This document shows positions 28,340 to 39,644 of a stretch of DNA of 64,000 nt, one piece after another; the stretch's first letter is position 1, and each line of letters starts with the position of its first letter. Source of the DNA: Octopus sinensis (taxonomy: Eukaryota); assembly GCF_006345805.1 (NCBI RefSeq), contig NC_043011.1:27912464-27976463 (forward strand), in the 5' to 3' direction. The notes under the pieces were generated by a model. The model did no database searches, had not been told where the DNA came from, and was given only the letters and a program-made list of their open reading frames with translations. The position numbers and the translations under genes are program-made.

Positions 28340-28800
28340 GTTTCAAATTTTGACACAAAGCAAGCAATTTCGGAGGAGGAGCTAGTTAATTACGTCGACG
28401 CCAGCCTTCACCTGAAACTTATTTTATCGGCTCTGAAAGGATGACAGGCAAGTCGCCCTCTGTGGGATAACGGCTCAGAACGAGAAGACGCAGGAAATAC
28501 AGCTAAGCTTTTAGACGTCGTGTTAACGATCCTGACGACTTGCCACCTTAAATACGACTTGATATTAATGGGCAATAAGGCGGTAAGCTGGTAGAATCGT
28601 TAGCCTGTAGGACCAAATGCTTAGCGGCATTTCGTCTGTTTTTACATTCTGAGTTCAAATTTCGCCGAGGCTTATTTTACCTTTTGCCGTTCGGGATCGA
28701 TAGAATAAGTACCAGTTCAGCAATGGTATCCATGTAATTGACTTAAACCCTACCACTACCACCACCACTGAACCCGCTGGCCTTGTGCAAAAATTTGAAA
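28340..28800. mobile_element. Head-to-head pair of SINE family C copies (28340-28550 minus, 28578-28800 plus)
   Basis: The minus copy ends ...GACTTGCCACCTTA and the plus copy starts TAAGGCGGTAAGCTGGTAGAATCG. Confidence 0.65.
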
Positions 28801-29372
28801 CCTATAATTGATGCTGCATTCACATTCAGAGATTCAATCTCGCTGAAGTTAACTATGCTTGTTATCCGTCGGAGGTCGACAAAATGGACTTGTCGCGCTA
28901 AACTCGGGTTCTTGAGTGGTTCATTAACTTTCATTTAAATGTAGTCAATCTTAATGTATTGAAATCTAATTTATCGCTTTCCAAATTAAAAAAAAAGATA
29001 TACAAAACACACACAAAACATGAAGACACGCATTAACGAGTACTCACATACACATATATATGCCTTTATAGAAATGCTATAGCATCACGTTCTATATTCA
29101 TAACTATATCTATGATGCACAAATGCATACGCATATTTTCAATTCTACATATATAGACTACTTCTTTCTCTCTGAAAGTTTTATTCCGGCAACTGATCTG
29201 TTTCTACTATATATGTACATATATACACATATATACATACACACACGCACATATGTAGATATATTTGTGTGTGTGGGGGTATACATAAACACATACTTAC
29301 ACCTTGTACGCATACAAACGTTTGTACGCATACAAACGTTTGTATGAGCGTGAATGTTCGCATGTTGCGATG

Positions 29373-29415
<43 letters not shown>

Positions 29416-30910
29416 TGAATGTGCGTGTGGGTGGGTGTTTGTTGGTTGCTTGTGTGATTGTATGTGTGTGTGTATGTCTGTGCAAGTGTGTGTATGTGCG
29501 CGTTTGTGCTTATAGATTAAGTCGCCTGAGAATGGCGTGAATAATCATATATGTGCATTACATTCCTCAATATAAATCACATTTGAAATCTGTCTTGTTG
29601 AACGAGATATTTAGTTAATGCGAGAAATGAATGAATCATATAGCAGACGTATGAGGTGATTGCTTTCAGCCAATTCCCTTAATCATCTCATCAAAGAACG
29701 TCCAAGAAAATCAATATTTATATTACAATATTAGCAGCTTTACATCAGACCAAATACTAAAATCGTTTATCACTAGCCACTTTAACCTGCAAATGTTTCA
29801 TTTACATTATGATAGTATTTCGTTTTCAGTACTTTTCATGAGTGTTTTTAACGAAGCATTTAAATACGATTCCCAATCGTTTATCTAATTTTCTTATCAA
29901 ATTCATATGGACAATCAAAGCAGATTCTTTCCTTTTAGTTTTAACATTCAAGTGCCTAACAAAGTCATTTTATCTTTAGGAAAATAGATATCATTTAATT
30001 ACTCGAGATATGAACTGAGATTTAAAGTGTGATTATCTCTACTGAGCATGCTACTGGCAAAAATCTTTTCAGCAATGAATATCAGTCTATTGTATATATT
30101 CGGAAGTAATATATCTACATCGGGAATATATAAATACCGTTCTTCTGTGGAAATAGTAGTATATGACCCTGAGGGAGAACTGACTAATATGCCGAGCAAC
30201 GACGTAGATATAATTTCACAGAGGATTATTTCTAACTGAATTACGAGTGAGTGCTCCTCTTGATATTAAGGAACAAGAAATACGTATACTCAAAGACCTT
30301 GTATACGCATCTCTTTTGCAGTATATACGAGAAAGAAAACCACCTTCTAAAGTACGATAGATTAAATTTGATACGAGACGAATGAATGAAATCTTTGAAT
30401 CTGTGAATTGATTCTCTAAAATGTCACCCAGCTGAGTCTTCAAAACTCCATCTGTTTGTCTGTTTGTTTGTCAGTCTCTTTGCCTGTCCGTCCGTCCGTC
30501 CGTCCGCCCGTCTGCCTGTCTATCTGTATACTGAAAACATATTCGGGGATACTAAAACAGGCTTATTAATTTAAAGCCTTTTAAAATGGCACCAGACAAT
30601 CTATTTATGGCGAGTAAGAGACAAAGAGAGTAGAGGCAAATTTATTGTGATGATCTACTTGACAATATACATGCAGGCATGTACACGCAAACGTTCACAC
30701 ACTCACACACAGACACACACACACTCATACACAGACACGAACACACACACTTAATGAAATAATGAGTTACGATGTAAATACGGCTGCAACAATTTGCTCA
30801 TAAGTTCACCAGATCAGTCTCGTAATTAGGCAAAATAACAACAACAACAACAAGAATAACTAGTACAAAATTTATGAAAGAAGAAATATTAAATTTATAG
30901 AAGCAATGTA

Positions 30911-31467
30911 TTGGGTGTTCGGAAAGTTTGTGCCGATTTATAGTAGCTTGCCTTTCGACGTATTTTAGAATATGGTTGAGTCCATAAAATAGGATTTGAC
31001 TACACCTCTATTTAGAGCACAGTTTAAGCTATCTTTTCGTGGAAGAAGGTTTATGTTCCTATAACCCGTGTTAATTCTGTAACCCTTTAAAATGGAAGAT
31101 AAGAAATTTTCATTTTCGGCACTTGGTCGTTTGCTAACCAAACAAAAATTGCAGCTGCTCGGCTGGGATGTGTTACCCCACCCTCCACATTCACCAGACA
31201 TTTCTCCTTCGGATTTCCACTTATTCAAGTCTCTGCAGAATAGTCTTAATGGTAAAAATTTCAATTCCTTGGATGACGTAAAAAGATAGCTTGATGAATT
31301 CTTTGCCATGAAACCACCTCAATTCTGGGAAGAGAGTATTTTCAAGTTAAAGGAAATATAAAGATGCATTGTGCAACAAAATGTTTCATATTTGGTTGAT
31401 TAAAAATATAATTTATTGACCTTTTCCCTTCCTTTAAAAATCGGCACGAACTTTCCGGACAACCCAA
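30911..31467 (+). mobile_element. Internally deleted mariner (557 bp)
   Basis: TIRs TTGGGTGTTCGGAAAGTTTGTGCCGATTT / reverse complement TTGGGTTGTCCGGAAAGTTCGTGCCGATTT with TA flanks. MEDKKF is fused to LGWDVLPHPPHSPDISPSDFHLFKSLQNSL. Confidence 0.92.
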
Positions 31468-31479
31468 TATTTAATGTTT

Positions 31480-31670
31480 AAGGCGATGAGCTGGCAGAAT
31501 CGTTAGCACACAGAGCAAAATGCTATACGTTTTTTCGTCTGTCTTTAGGTTCTGCGTTGAAAATCCACCGAGATAGAATTTGCCTTTCATCTTGTCGGAG
31601 CCGTTAGAAATAAGTACCTGTTACGCACCCGTTCCTTTAAAATTTCTGCCATTGTGCCAAAATTTGAAGC
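31480..31670 (+). mobile_element. SINE family C
   Basis: AAGGCGATGAGCTGGCAGAATCGTTAGCAC...TTTGCCTTTCATC. Confidence 0.72.
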
Positions 31671-32349
31671 TAATGTGTCTAACGATTTTCATTAATTTGG
31701 ACCAGTAGGCAAATGCTTTTCTTCTAATTTGCTGAGTCTGGCGGAAAGGGCATAGTTTATGACTTTCGCAGGCACTCCAAGTCAGGCGCTATTGAAGCAA
31801 GTAATGTTCTATTTAAACATGTAAACGCCCCCACAAAATTCTTGGATGTTATACGAAATTTTAGAACGTAAAGAATGCTAGAAATCGTATTGTAGGTTTC
31901 TGTCACTTGCCTGTATTAAATGGAATCGAATAAAAAACCATAGATGTCTAATCAATTCATAAATCGATTTCCTATATCACGGAAACGGAAATGATTTACT
32001 CTCAAAATGATAGACATTAATACCGACAGAATAAAAAATATAAGACTATAATTTCCATTCGAACGATCACCTTGTATTATCACTATAACTATGAAATATA
32101 ACAAAAATAAAACAGAGCATTCAAAAATATATGTTGGAAAGAATTTCAATATTTATGATTCATAGAAGGTATGTGTTTAAAGCACATTTCTTGGCTATAA
32201 TAAAATTTATAACAGACTGAAATCATAGAAGCTGTAGCCAATGATAATATCATAAAAAGCAAATTGTAGGAGACAATTTTCTTTTTAGAATTTATGTGAA
32301 TGAATGAATGTATGCATATATATATATATATAGGTATACGTTTCCGCCA

Positions 32350-32580
32350 TTCCGCTTTGCTTGTTAGATCGCGGTCATGCTGGGGCACCGCTTTGAAGAA
32401 TTTTTAGTCGAATGAAACAACTTGAGTATTAATATTTTTTAAAGCCGTGTGCTTATTCTGTCGGTCTCTTTCTGCCGAACCGCTGATTTTACGGGGACGC
32501 AAACACACCAACACCGGTTGTCAAGTGATGGTGGGGTACAAACGCAGAGACAAAGACCACACAGACACGACGAGCTTCTT
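32350..32580 (-). mobile_element. 3' half of SINE family A
   Basis: CGCGGTCATGCTGGGGCACCGC...CTGCCGAACCGCTGA...GGTTGTCAAG. Confidence 0.7.
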
Positions 32581-32704
32581 TTAGTTTATCAAAATCACAT
32601 TTCTAATATGAACAAGAGCTCCATTGAGCGACTTATTAAAAAAAAGGCGTAAAGTGGAATTTGTACACTAAGTGCCAGAACACTTTTGAAGAAAACATTC
32701 TTAC

Positions 32705-32807
32705 CTCAGATCTGTCCTCAGCACATTACGTTCCTGGATTAGGTGCAGTTCTAGTTCATAAATACGATGACGGATGTACAAAACCAGCAGTTCCTGTTTT
32801 GCACTCG
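32705..32807 (-). CDS. Candidate internal exon (103 nt) of an unidentified minus-strand gene
   Basis: Long pyrimidine tract TTTTTTCTATTTTATTATATCTGTTCTCTGTCGTTATCAG| and donor GAG|GTAAGA. One open frame: SAKQELLVLYIRHRIYELELHLIQERNVLRTDL. Confidence 0.4.
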
Positions 32808-33039
32808 CTGATAACGACAGAGAACAGATATAATAAAATAGAAAAAAGGCCCGAGCAATTATTTTTGCAGTTAAATACATTCCCAAGTTTCTGCACGGCA
32901 GAAGTTTTTTTTAATTGCAAACAGATTATAAAACTTTTCTGTCAATTTACGTGTTTTAAAAAGAGTTACCGACTCATACTGCAAACCGCCTGCAACGCTG
33001 GCGTGTAATATTACTAAATTATAATTTCAGAATGCAATA

Positions 33040-33850
33040 TATTCCATCGTAAAAAAATCAGTCATGCAGACTGCCTTTCGAGATTCATTTCCAAAAATAT
33101 GGAACCACTAAAAGAGACTTTTATAGTCGCTCTACTGGCAGAAATTGAAATTAAAAATGTTATGACGGACGCCATCCAAGAACTATCAGTGAAGATACAG
33201 GATATAAAAATGAGAGCTGTAGGTAATGAGTATATTACGAAAATAAGAGAAGCTTAAAAGAATAAACAGAGTAAAAATTCAGATGCCAGTAGTTTTCAAT
33301 TTGCGACGATATTCTGATGCATGCTCAAAGAGTGATGGTTCCAACTACATTACAGAAAGGTGTTTTGCAACGATTTCAGAACTAACATCCAGGAATGGCA
33401 AGGATGAAGGCTTTGATGAAGAGTTATATCTACTGGCTGTCTGTGGACCGAGATATCGGAAACGTGGTGAGAACGAGCCGAGGTTGCACGTTCGCAGGCC
33501 AAAGCCTCACCTGTAAATTATCATTGCGATTACCACCTATTCGTAGTAGATCGCTGTACTAAGTGGCAAGAGGTTTGCAGGTGCTATAGACCAACCTCTC
33601 AGACAACTATAAAGTTCTTATACGAATTGATTGCGCCACACTGTGTCTCTGATATGTTAGTATCAGACAACGGAACGGAGTTTTCTGGGTATGGATTCAA
33701 GAACTGTAAAAGGCATGCGGTGAAGCATATTTTCTCTCCACCCTACTACCCGAGGTTAAACAGGCAGATAGAACGATTTGTGGACACCTTTAAAAGAGCG
33801 TTAAGAAAAGTGAGGAATGAAGTAAATAGCGACGAAGCACTGACAAATTC
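33040..33850 (+). mobile_element. Gypsy/Ty3 pol relic (end of RNase H, integrase zinc finger and core)
   Basis: HADCLSRFI, HPGMARMKALMKSYIYW...RGC, LVSDNGTEF and SPPYYPRLNRQIERFVDTFKRAL. Confidence 0.9.
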
Positions 33851-34215
33851 ATTTTTTCATTTTTCATATTCATCCGAAATTATAAGGTATTTGTTCATAT
33901 ATGTAATATCATTCGATAAGCCCCCAAGCCCATTTGTCTTGTGTATTGACCGCTCTTTTTTTAATCCTTGTGGCTTGAATAAAACCACCGTGCTGTATGT
34001 TGATAGTTCAAAGTTGGAGTTCAAAATTTACAGTTCCAGTTAGCGTGTTGGATTGCCGGTTCTTAAAAGATCGTTGTTACGTTCTGTGTGGTTACTGACG
34101 TTAAATCTGTTACTGCCGTTACATTCTGTGTGGTTACTTCAGTCATATTGTTATTACACTGTTGTAGTGTATTTGTTTGATCCATAAGGATATAACATCT
34201 GGTGATGGGGATCTT
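33850..34215 (+). mobile_element. Probable LTR ending ...TAACA (34197), followed by PBS-like TGGTGATGGGGATC
   Basis: The CA terminus, 2-nt spacer and TGG are visible; the 5' LTR boundary is uncertain. Confidence 0.45.
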
Positions 34216-34340
34216 TCGACACTCACATTGGTTATTTGATCATTTCTGTGTCATAGAAAACCTATTAGCCGCAGTAGTACAGCTCCAACAGAATTTATGA
34301 ATGAATATATGCATAAATGTGCATACCTTTCCGCCTTCAC

Positions 34341-34750
34341 GTTTTACTTGTTTCAGCCGTTAGACCGCGGTCAAGCAGGGGCACCGCCTTGAAGAATTTT
34401 TAGTCGAATGAATCGACCCCAGTACTTATGTTTTTTAAAGCCTTGTGCTTAGTCTAACGGATCCTTTCTGCCGAGCCGCTGAATTACAGGGACGTAAACG
34501 CACCAACACTGGTTGTCAAGTGGTGGTGGGGTACAAACACCGAGACAAAAACAACACACACTCACACGCACACACAAACACAACAGGCTTCTTTCAGTTT
34601 CCCTCTATCAAATCCACTCATAAAATTTGGGTCGAACTGAGTCTATAGCAGAAGGCACTTGTCCCAGGTAACACATGCCTAAGGTGCCTCGCTGTGGGAC
34701 TGATCGCAGAACTATGTGGTTCGGAAGCAAGTTTTTTACTACAAAGCCAC
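34341..34750 (-). mobile_element. SINE family A
   Basis: Colinear reverse complement of 14845-15250, with divergence. Confidence 0.75.
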
Positions 34751-34768
34751 GTGTGTGATGAAATTCAC

Positions 34769-35380
34769 GAGTGAATGACTTCACAAGTAAATAAATAAAG
34801 GGAGGCAATTGGTTATCGTTATTATTGTTATTGTTGTGGGTAAGGGAGATAACTTTTCAGCTTTCCGTAATGAGAGGGGAATATATATGTGTACAGACTA
34901 AGACAAGTTTCGAAAAACTTGTTTAGTGAGGGGATTTATGCACAGTGATGTAATCGTGAATTGAAATATATAAAAAAGATAAAAGTTGGTTATGCGTGCA
35001 TATTAAGACGTGTTCTGTATTTTTCAATGAAAAGAGTTTCTTTATTTACGCGTTCTTGTGGAGAGATTGTGTTTTTGCACTGGTAGAAGGGGAAGACTGT
35101 GAAATTTGGTTTGATGTTATCAGCACATTTTTCTATATGTTCACTGAGAGGAATTTGCCTGTATTGCGGTAAATGGATTTGCTCTTTATGTAGAGTGGTT
35201 CTCTTTCTCAAGGTCATACTCATTTGTCCAACATAGTTGTGTACGCAAACCGAGCAGGTTATTACATAAATTAGGTTCTCAGAGGCACAAGTGAAACTAG
35301 TTTTAATTGTGAACCTCTGTCCTTGTCTGCAAAAGAAATCCGAGCCTTCAAGCAGGTTGGGGCAAGTTGTCTTCGCACAT
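34769..35380 (-). mobile_element. Second copy of the Penelope-like GIY-YIG relic
   Basis: ORF 34990-35223 (LRKRTTLHKEQIHLPQYRQIPLSEHIEKC) and upstream NLIYVITCSVCVHNYVGQ; same 3' junction GAGTGAATGACTTCACAAGTA as 19921. Confidence 0.85.
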
Positions 35381-35699
35381 AAATCGTCGTCCTATGTTTA
35401 AGGTAATTCACTTAATAAAACCCGTTTACATATTTCTTATGTATTCTCTTTTTTATAGTTGTCATTTTGCTTGTAAGTACTCCTTTTCTGTTTTAAAATC
35501 TTAAAAGGATGTTTTTGGGTGGTTTTGGCGGGCTGGAATGGATTAATTATGTTTTAGTTAATTTCAAAGGGGAAAATTGATTTGTAAAACGAGTAAATTG
35601 TAAAAGGAGATCGGTCATCGTACTGAAAATGTATCACTGTATACACAAACACCCCCCCCCCGACGCACACACCCCATATATATAGAGAGAGATTTCAAA

Positions 35700-35880
35700 T
35701 TTACTGAAAACAAAAGACGAAGACAAGTAAAGGAACAACAAGGTGATGTATTAGTTTAACGCTTGGGGCGAATGGAAAAAGAAGGTTTTTAACGTTTCGA
35801 GGCAACTCTCGTAAAGAGAAATCAAGAGAGAAAAAACCGAGGGAGAAAAAATATGTAGGTGTTAAAGGTTCAATATAAAA
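35700..35880 (-). mobile_element. Penelope pseudo-LTR-like fragment, related to 55880-56050
   Basis: The reverse complement shares CTCGAAACGTTAAA, AAACTAATACA..T.TTGTT and TTGTCTT.GTCTTTTGTTTT. Confidence 0.5.
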
Positions 35881-36175
35881 TATAAATGGCTAAGCATCTA
35901 CTTAATGACATCTACTGTTCATATAAGAAAGTGTGTGTGTGTGTACAAAGGACCGCGAGTGTGGGTATGGAAGTAATTACATCTGAGTACTGACCCACCT
36001 AGTATTTTACTTTATTGTATGTTTTATTCTCTTCATTCTTCGTATTTTTCTTAACTTTTAAAAATTCTTTCTTGATTACTCTCTGTGTCAAAGCAATTTT
36101 CACACGCTATTCCTGTATTAACAACATGCCGTAGCAAATTCGAGCAATAAAGTTACCCCTGTATTCCATTTTACC

Positions 36176-36176
<1 letters not shown>

Positions 36177-36274
<98 letters not shown>

Positions 36275-36291
36275 GTATATATATATATTTA
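36177..36291. repeat. (TA)n microsatellite, left flank of the array
   Basis: Directly visible. Confidence 0.97.
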
Positions 36292-36595
36292 TAGTGGGTG
36301 AATGGCCTATTATGGCCGTTCCTTGAATGTTGATGTTGAACTTAAAAATGGTCTATGACTATTTAAATTTTTCCCACTAGGCCGCTGGTGGCAAAAAAAT
36401 TCTACAAAATTTTTTTTGCCACCCTATATTGATTAATTATGAATTTTCTGGTTAATTCCGTAATGGAATCGACGGCTTATATTTATTTGCTGCCGATAAA
36501 TTTGGCGCGAGTGCGATGATTTGAAAATTTTAGGTCAGATATTACCTTGGCAGGGTCGGTAATGCCTCGTGAAAATATCTGTTCCGACTTGGGCT

Positions 36596-36702
36596 ATTTC
36601 TTACTGAAGAATCTGAGGGCCTATGGAAGATTGGCTTGATTTAATTTAATCAGGTTAGTTTACCATTAAACAGCAGATGAAACGGTGCATCGTATAAGAA
36701 AT
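36596..36702 (+). ncRNA. Type I hammerhead ribozyme, copy 1 (predicted cleavage after A36694)
   Basis: Stem I AUUUCUUA(36596-603)/UAAGAAAU(36695-702); CUGAAGA 36604-610; stem II AUCUG(36611-615)/CAGAU(36674-678); GAAA 36679-682; stem III ACGG-UGCA-UCGU; GUA triplet. Confidence 0.85.
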
Positions 36703-37086
36703 TACAGGGTAAATGTTTTTTAATTTTCTCCTGGTTTACGGAATTGATTTTTATTTGCGGTTGAAGCTCTGGCTGTTATTTCTAGTGGGTGAATGGCCTA
36801 TTATGGCCGTTCCTTGATTGTTGATGTTGAACTTAAAAATGGTCTATGACTATTTAATTTTTTCCCACTAGGCCGCTGGTGGCAAAAAAATTCTACAAAA
36901 TTTTTTTTGCCACCCTATATTGATTAATTATGAATTTTCTGGTTAATTCCGTAATGGAATCGACGGCTTATATTTATTTGCTGCCGATAAATTTGGCGCG
37001 AGTGCGATGATTTGAAAATTTTAGGTCAGATATTACCTTGGCAGGGTCGGTAATGCCTCGTGAAAATATCTGTTCCGACTTGGGCT

Positions 37087-37193
37087 ATTTCTTACTGAAG
37101 AATCTGAGGGCCTATGGAAGATTGGCTTGATTTAATTTAATCAGGTTAGTTTACCATTAAACAGCAGATGAAACGGTGCATCGTATAAGAAAT
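37087..37193 (+). ncRNA. Type I hammerhead ribozyme, copy 2 (cleavage after 37185)
   Basis: Same core and stems as copy 1. Confidence 0.85.
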
Positions 37194-37575
37194 TACAGGG
37201 TAATGTTTTTTAAATTTTCTCCTGGTTTACGAATTGATTTTTATTTGCGGTTGAAGCTCTGGCTGTTATTTCTAGTGGTGAATGGCCTATTATGGCCGTT
37301 CCTTGATTGTTGATGTTGAACTTAAAAATGGTCTATGACTATTTAATTTTTTCCCACTAGGCCGCTGGTGGCAAAAAAATTCTACAAAATTTTTTTTGCC
37401 ACCCTATATTGATTAATTATGAATTTTCTGGTTAATTCCGTAATGGAATCGACGGCTTATATTTATTTGCTGCCGATAAATTTGGCGCGAGTGCGATGAT
37501 TTGAAAATTTTAGGTCAGATATTACCTTGGCAGGGTCGGTAATGCCTCGTGAAAATATCTGTTCCGACTTGGGCT

Positions 37576-37682
37576 ATTTCTTACTGAAGAATCTGAGGGC
37601 CTATGGAAGATTGGCTTGATTTAATTTAATCAGGTTAGTTTACCATTAAACAGCAGATGAAACGGTGCATCGTATAAGAAAT
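37576..37682 (+). ncRNA. Type I hammerhead ribozyme, copy 3 (cleavage after 37674)
   Basis: Same core and stems as copy 1. Confidence 0.85.
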
Positions 37683-38064
37683 TACAGGGTAAATGTTTTT
37701 TAAATTTTCTCCTGGTTTACGGAATTGATTTTTATTTGCGGTTGAAGCTCTGGCTGTTATTTCTAGTGGGTGAATGGCCTATTATGGCCGTTCCTTGATT
37801 GTTGATGTTGAACTTAAAAATGGTCTATGACTATTTATTTTTTCCCACTAGGCCGCTGGTGGCAAAAAATTCTACAAAATTTTTTTGCCACCCTATATTG
37901 ATTAATTATGAATTTTCTGGTTAATTCCGTAATGGAATCGACGGCTTATATGTATTTGTTGCCGATAAATTTGGCGCGAGTGCGATGATTTGAAAATTTT
38001 AGGTCAGATATTACCTTGGCAGGGTCGGTAATGCCTCGTGAAAATATCTGTTCCGACTTGGGCT

Positions 38065-38171
38065 ATTTCTTACTGAAGAATCTGAGGGCCTATGGAAGAT
38101 TGGCTTGATTTAATTTAATCAGGTTAGTTTACCATTAAACAGCAGATGAAACGGTGCATCGTATAAGAAAT
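38065..38171 (+). ncRNA. Type I hammerhead ribozyme, copy 4 (cleavage after 38163)
   Basis: Same core and stems as copy 1. Confidence 0.85.
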
Positions 38172-38556
38172 TACAGGGTAAATGTTTTTTAAATTTTCTC
38201 CTGGTTTACGGAATTGATTTTTATTTGCGGTTGAAGCTCTGGCTGTTATTTCTAGTGGGTGAATGGCCTATTATGGCCGTTCCTTGATTGTTGATGTTGA
38301 ACTTAAAAATGGTCTATGACTATTTAATTTTTTCCCACTAGGCCGCTGGTGGCAAAAAATTCTACAAAATTTTTTTTTGCCACCCTATATTGATTAATTA
38401 TGAATTTTCTGGTTAATTCCGTAATGGAATCGACGGCTTATATTTATTTGCTGCCGATAAATTTGGCGCGAGTGCGATGATTTGAAAATTTTAGGTCAGA
38501 TATTACCTTGGCAGGGTCGGTAATGCCTCGTGAAAATATCTGTTCCGACTTGGGCT

Positions 38557-38663
38557 ATTTCTTACTGAAGAATCTGAGGGCCTATGGAAGATTGGCTTGA
38601 TTTAATTTAATCAGGTTAGTTTACCATTAAACAGCAGATGAAACGGTGCATCGTATAAGAAAT
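38557..38663 (+). ncRNA. Type I hammerhead ribozyme, copy 5 (cleavage after 38655)
   Basis: Same core and stems as copy 1. Confidence 0.85.
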
Positions 38664-39047
38664 TACAGGGTAAATGTTTTTTAAATTTTCTCCTGGTTTA
38701 CGGAATTGATTTTTATTTGCGGTTGAAGCTCTGGCTGTTATTTCTAGTGGGTGAATGGCCTATTATGGCCGTTCCTTGATTGTTGATGTTGAACTTAAAA
38801 ATGGTCTATGACTATTTAATTTTTTCCCACTAGGCCGCTGGTGGCAAAAAATTCTACAAAATTTTTTTTGCCACCCTATATTGATTAATTATGAATTTTC
38901 TGGTTAATTCCGTAATGGAATCGACGGCTTATATTTATTTGCTGCCGATAAATTTGGCGCGAGTGCGATGATTTGAAAATTTTAGGTCAGATATTACCTT
39001 GGCAGGGTCGGTAATGCCTCGTGAAAATATCTGTTCCGACTTGGGCT

Positions 39048-39153
39048 ATTTCTTACTGAAGAATCTGAGGCCTATGGAAGATTGGCTTGATTTAATTTAA
39101 TCAGGTTAGTTTACCATTAAACAGCAGATGAAACGGTGCATCGTATAAGAAAT
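39048..39153 (+). ncRNA. Type I hammerhead ribozyme, copy 6 (cleavage after 39145)
   Basis: Core and stems intact; 1-nt deletion in the stem II insert. Confidence 0.85.
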
Positions 39154-39537
39154 TACAGGGTAAATGTTTTTTAAATTTTCTCCTGGTTTACGGAATTGAT
39201 TTTTATTTGCGTTGAAGCTCTGGCTGTTATTTCTAGTGGGTGAATGGCCTATTATGGCCGTTCCTTGATTGTTGATGTTGAACTTAAAAATGGTCTATGA
39301 CTATTTAATTTTTTCCCACTAGGCCGCTGGTGGCAAAAAAATTCTACAAAATTTTTTTTGCCACCCTATATTGATTAATTATGAATTTTCTGGTTAATTC
39401 CGTAATGGAATCGACGGCTTATATTTATTTGCTGCCGATAAATTTGGCGCGAGTGCGATGATTTGAAAATTTTAGGTCAGATATTACCTTGGCAGGGTCG
39501 GTAATGCCTCGTGAAAATATCTGTTCCGACTTGGGCT

Positions 39538-39644
39538 ATTTCTTACTGAAGAATCTGAGGGCCTATGGAAGATTGGCTTGATTTAATTTAATCAGGTTAG
39601 TTTACCATTAAACAGCAGATGAAACGGTGCATCGTATAAGAAAT
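39538..39644 (+). ncRNA. Type I hammerhead ribozyme, copy 7 (cleavage after 39636)
   Basis: Same core and stems as copy 1. Confidence 0.85.

Noticed and set aside
23560-30440. Shared TQLGD peptide between the 23.6-kb and 30.4-kb decayed frames
   Set aside because: Similarity does not extend beyond five residues; likely chance.
36538-36560. ATATTACCTTGGCAGGG resembles the U1 snRNA 5' end (ATACTTACCTGGCAGGG)
   Set aside because: The match breaks within the splice-site-pairing motif. No U1-70K loop, U1A loop or Sm site follows at U1 spacing.
36292-36782. Second ribozyme on the minus strand (viroid-like ambisense RNA)
   Set aside because: The minus strand has only CUGAUUA and CUGACCU, with no CUGANGA. 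I saw no other ribozyme class by eye, though a covariance search was not possible.
36781-36812. Helitron-like 3' end on the minus strand of each unit (GGCC hairpin, 9 nt, CTAG) and a TC at the right array end
   Set aside because: The stem is only 4 bp, the actual array terminus reads CTAT, and CTAG is not followed by TC at unit junctions. The hammerhead explains the unit far better. Kept only as a minor alternative.
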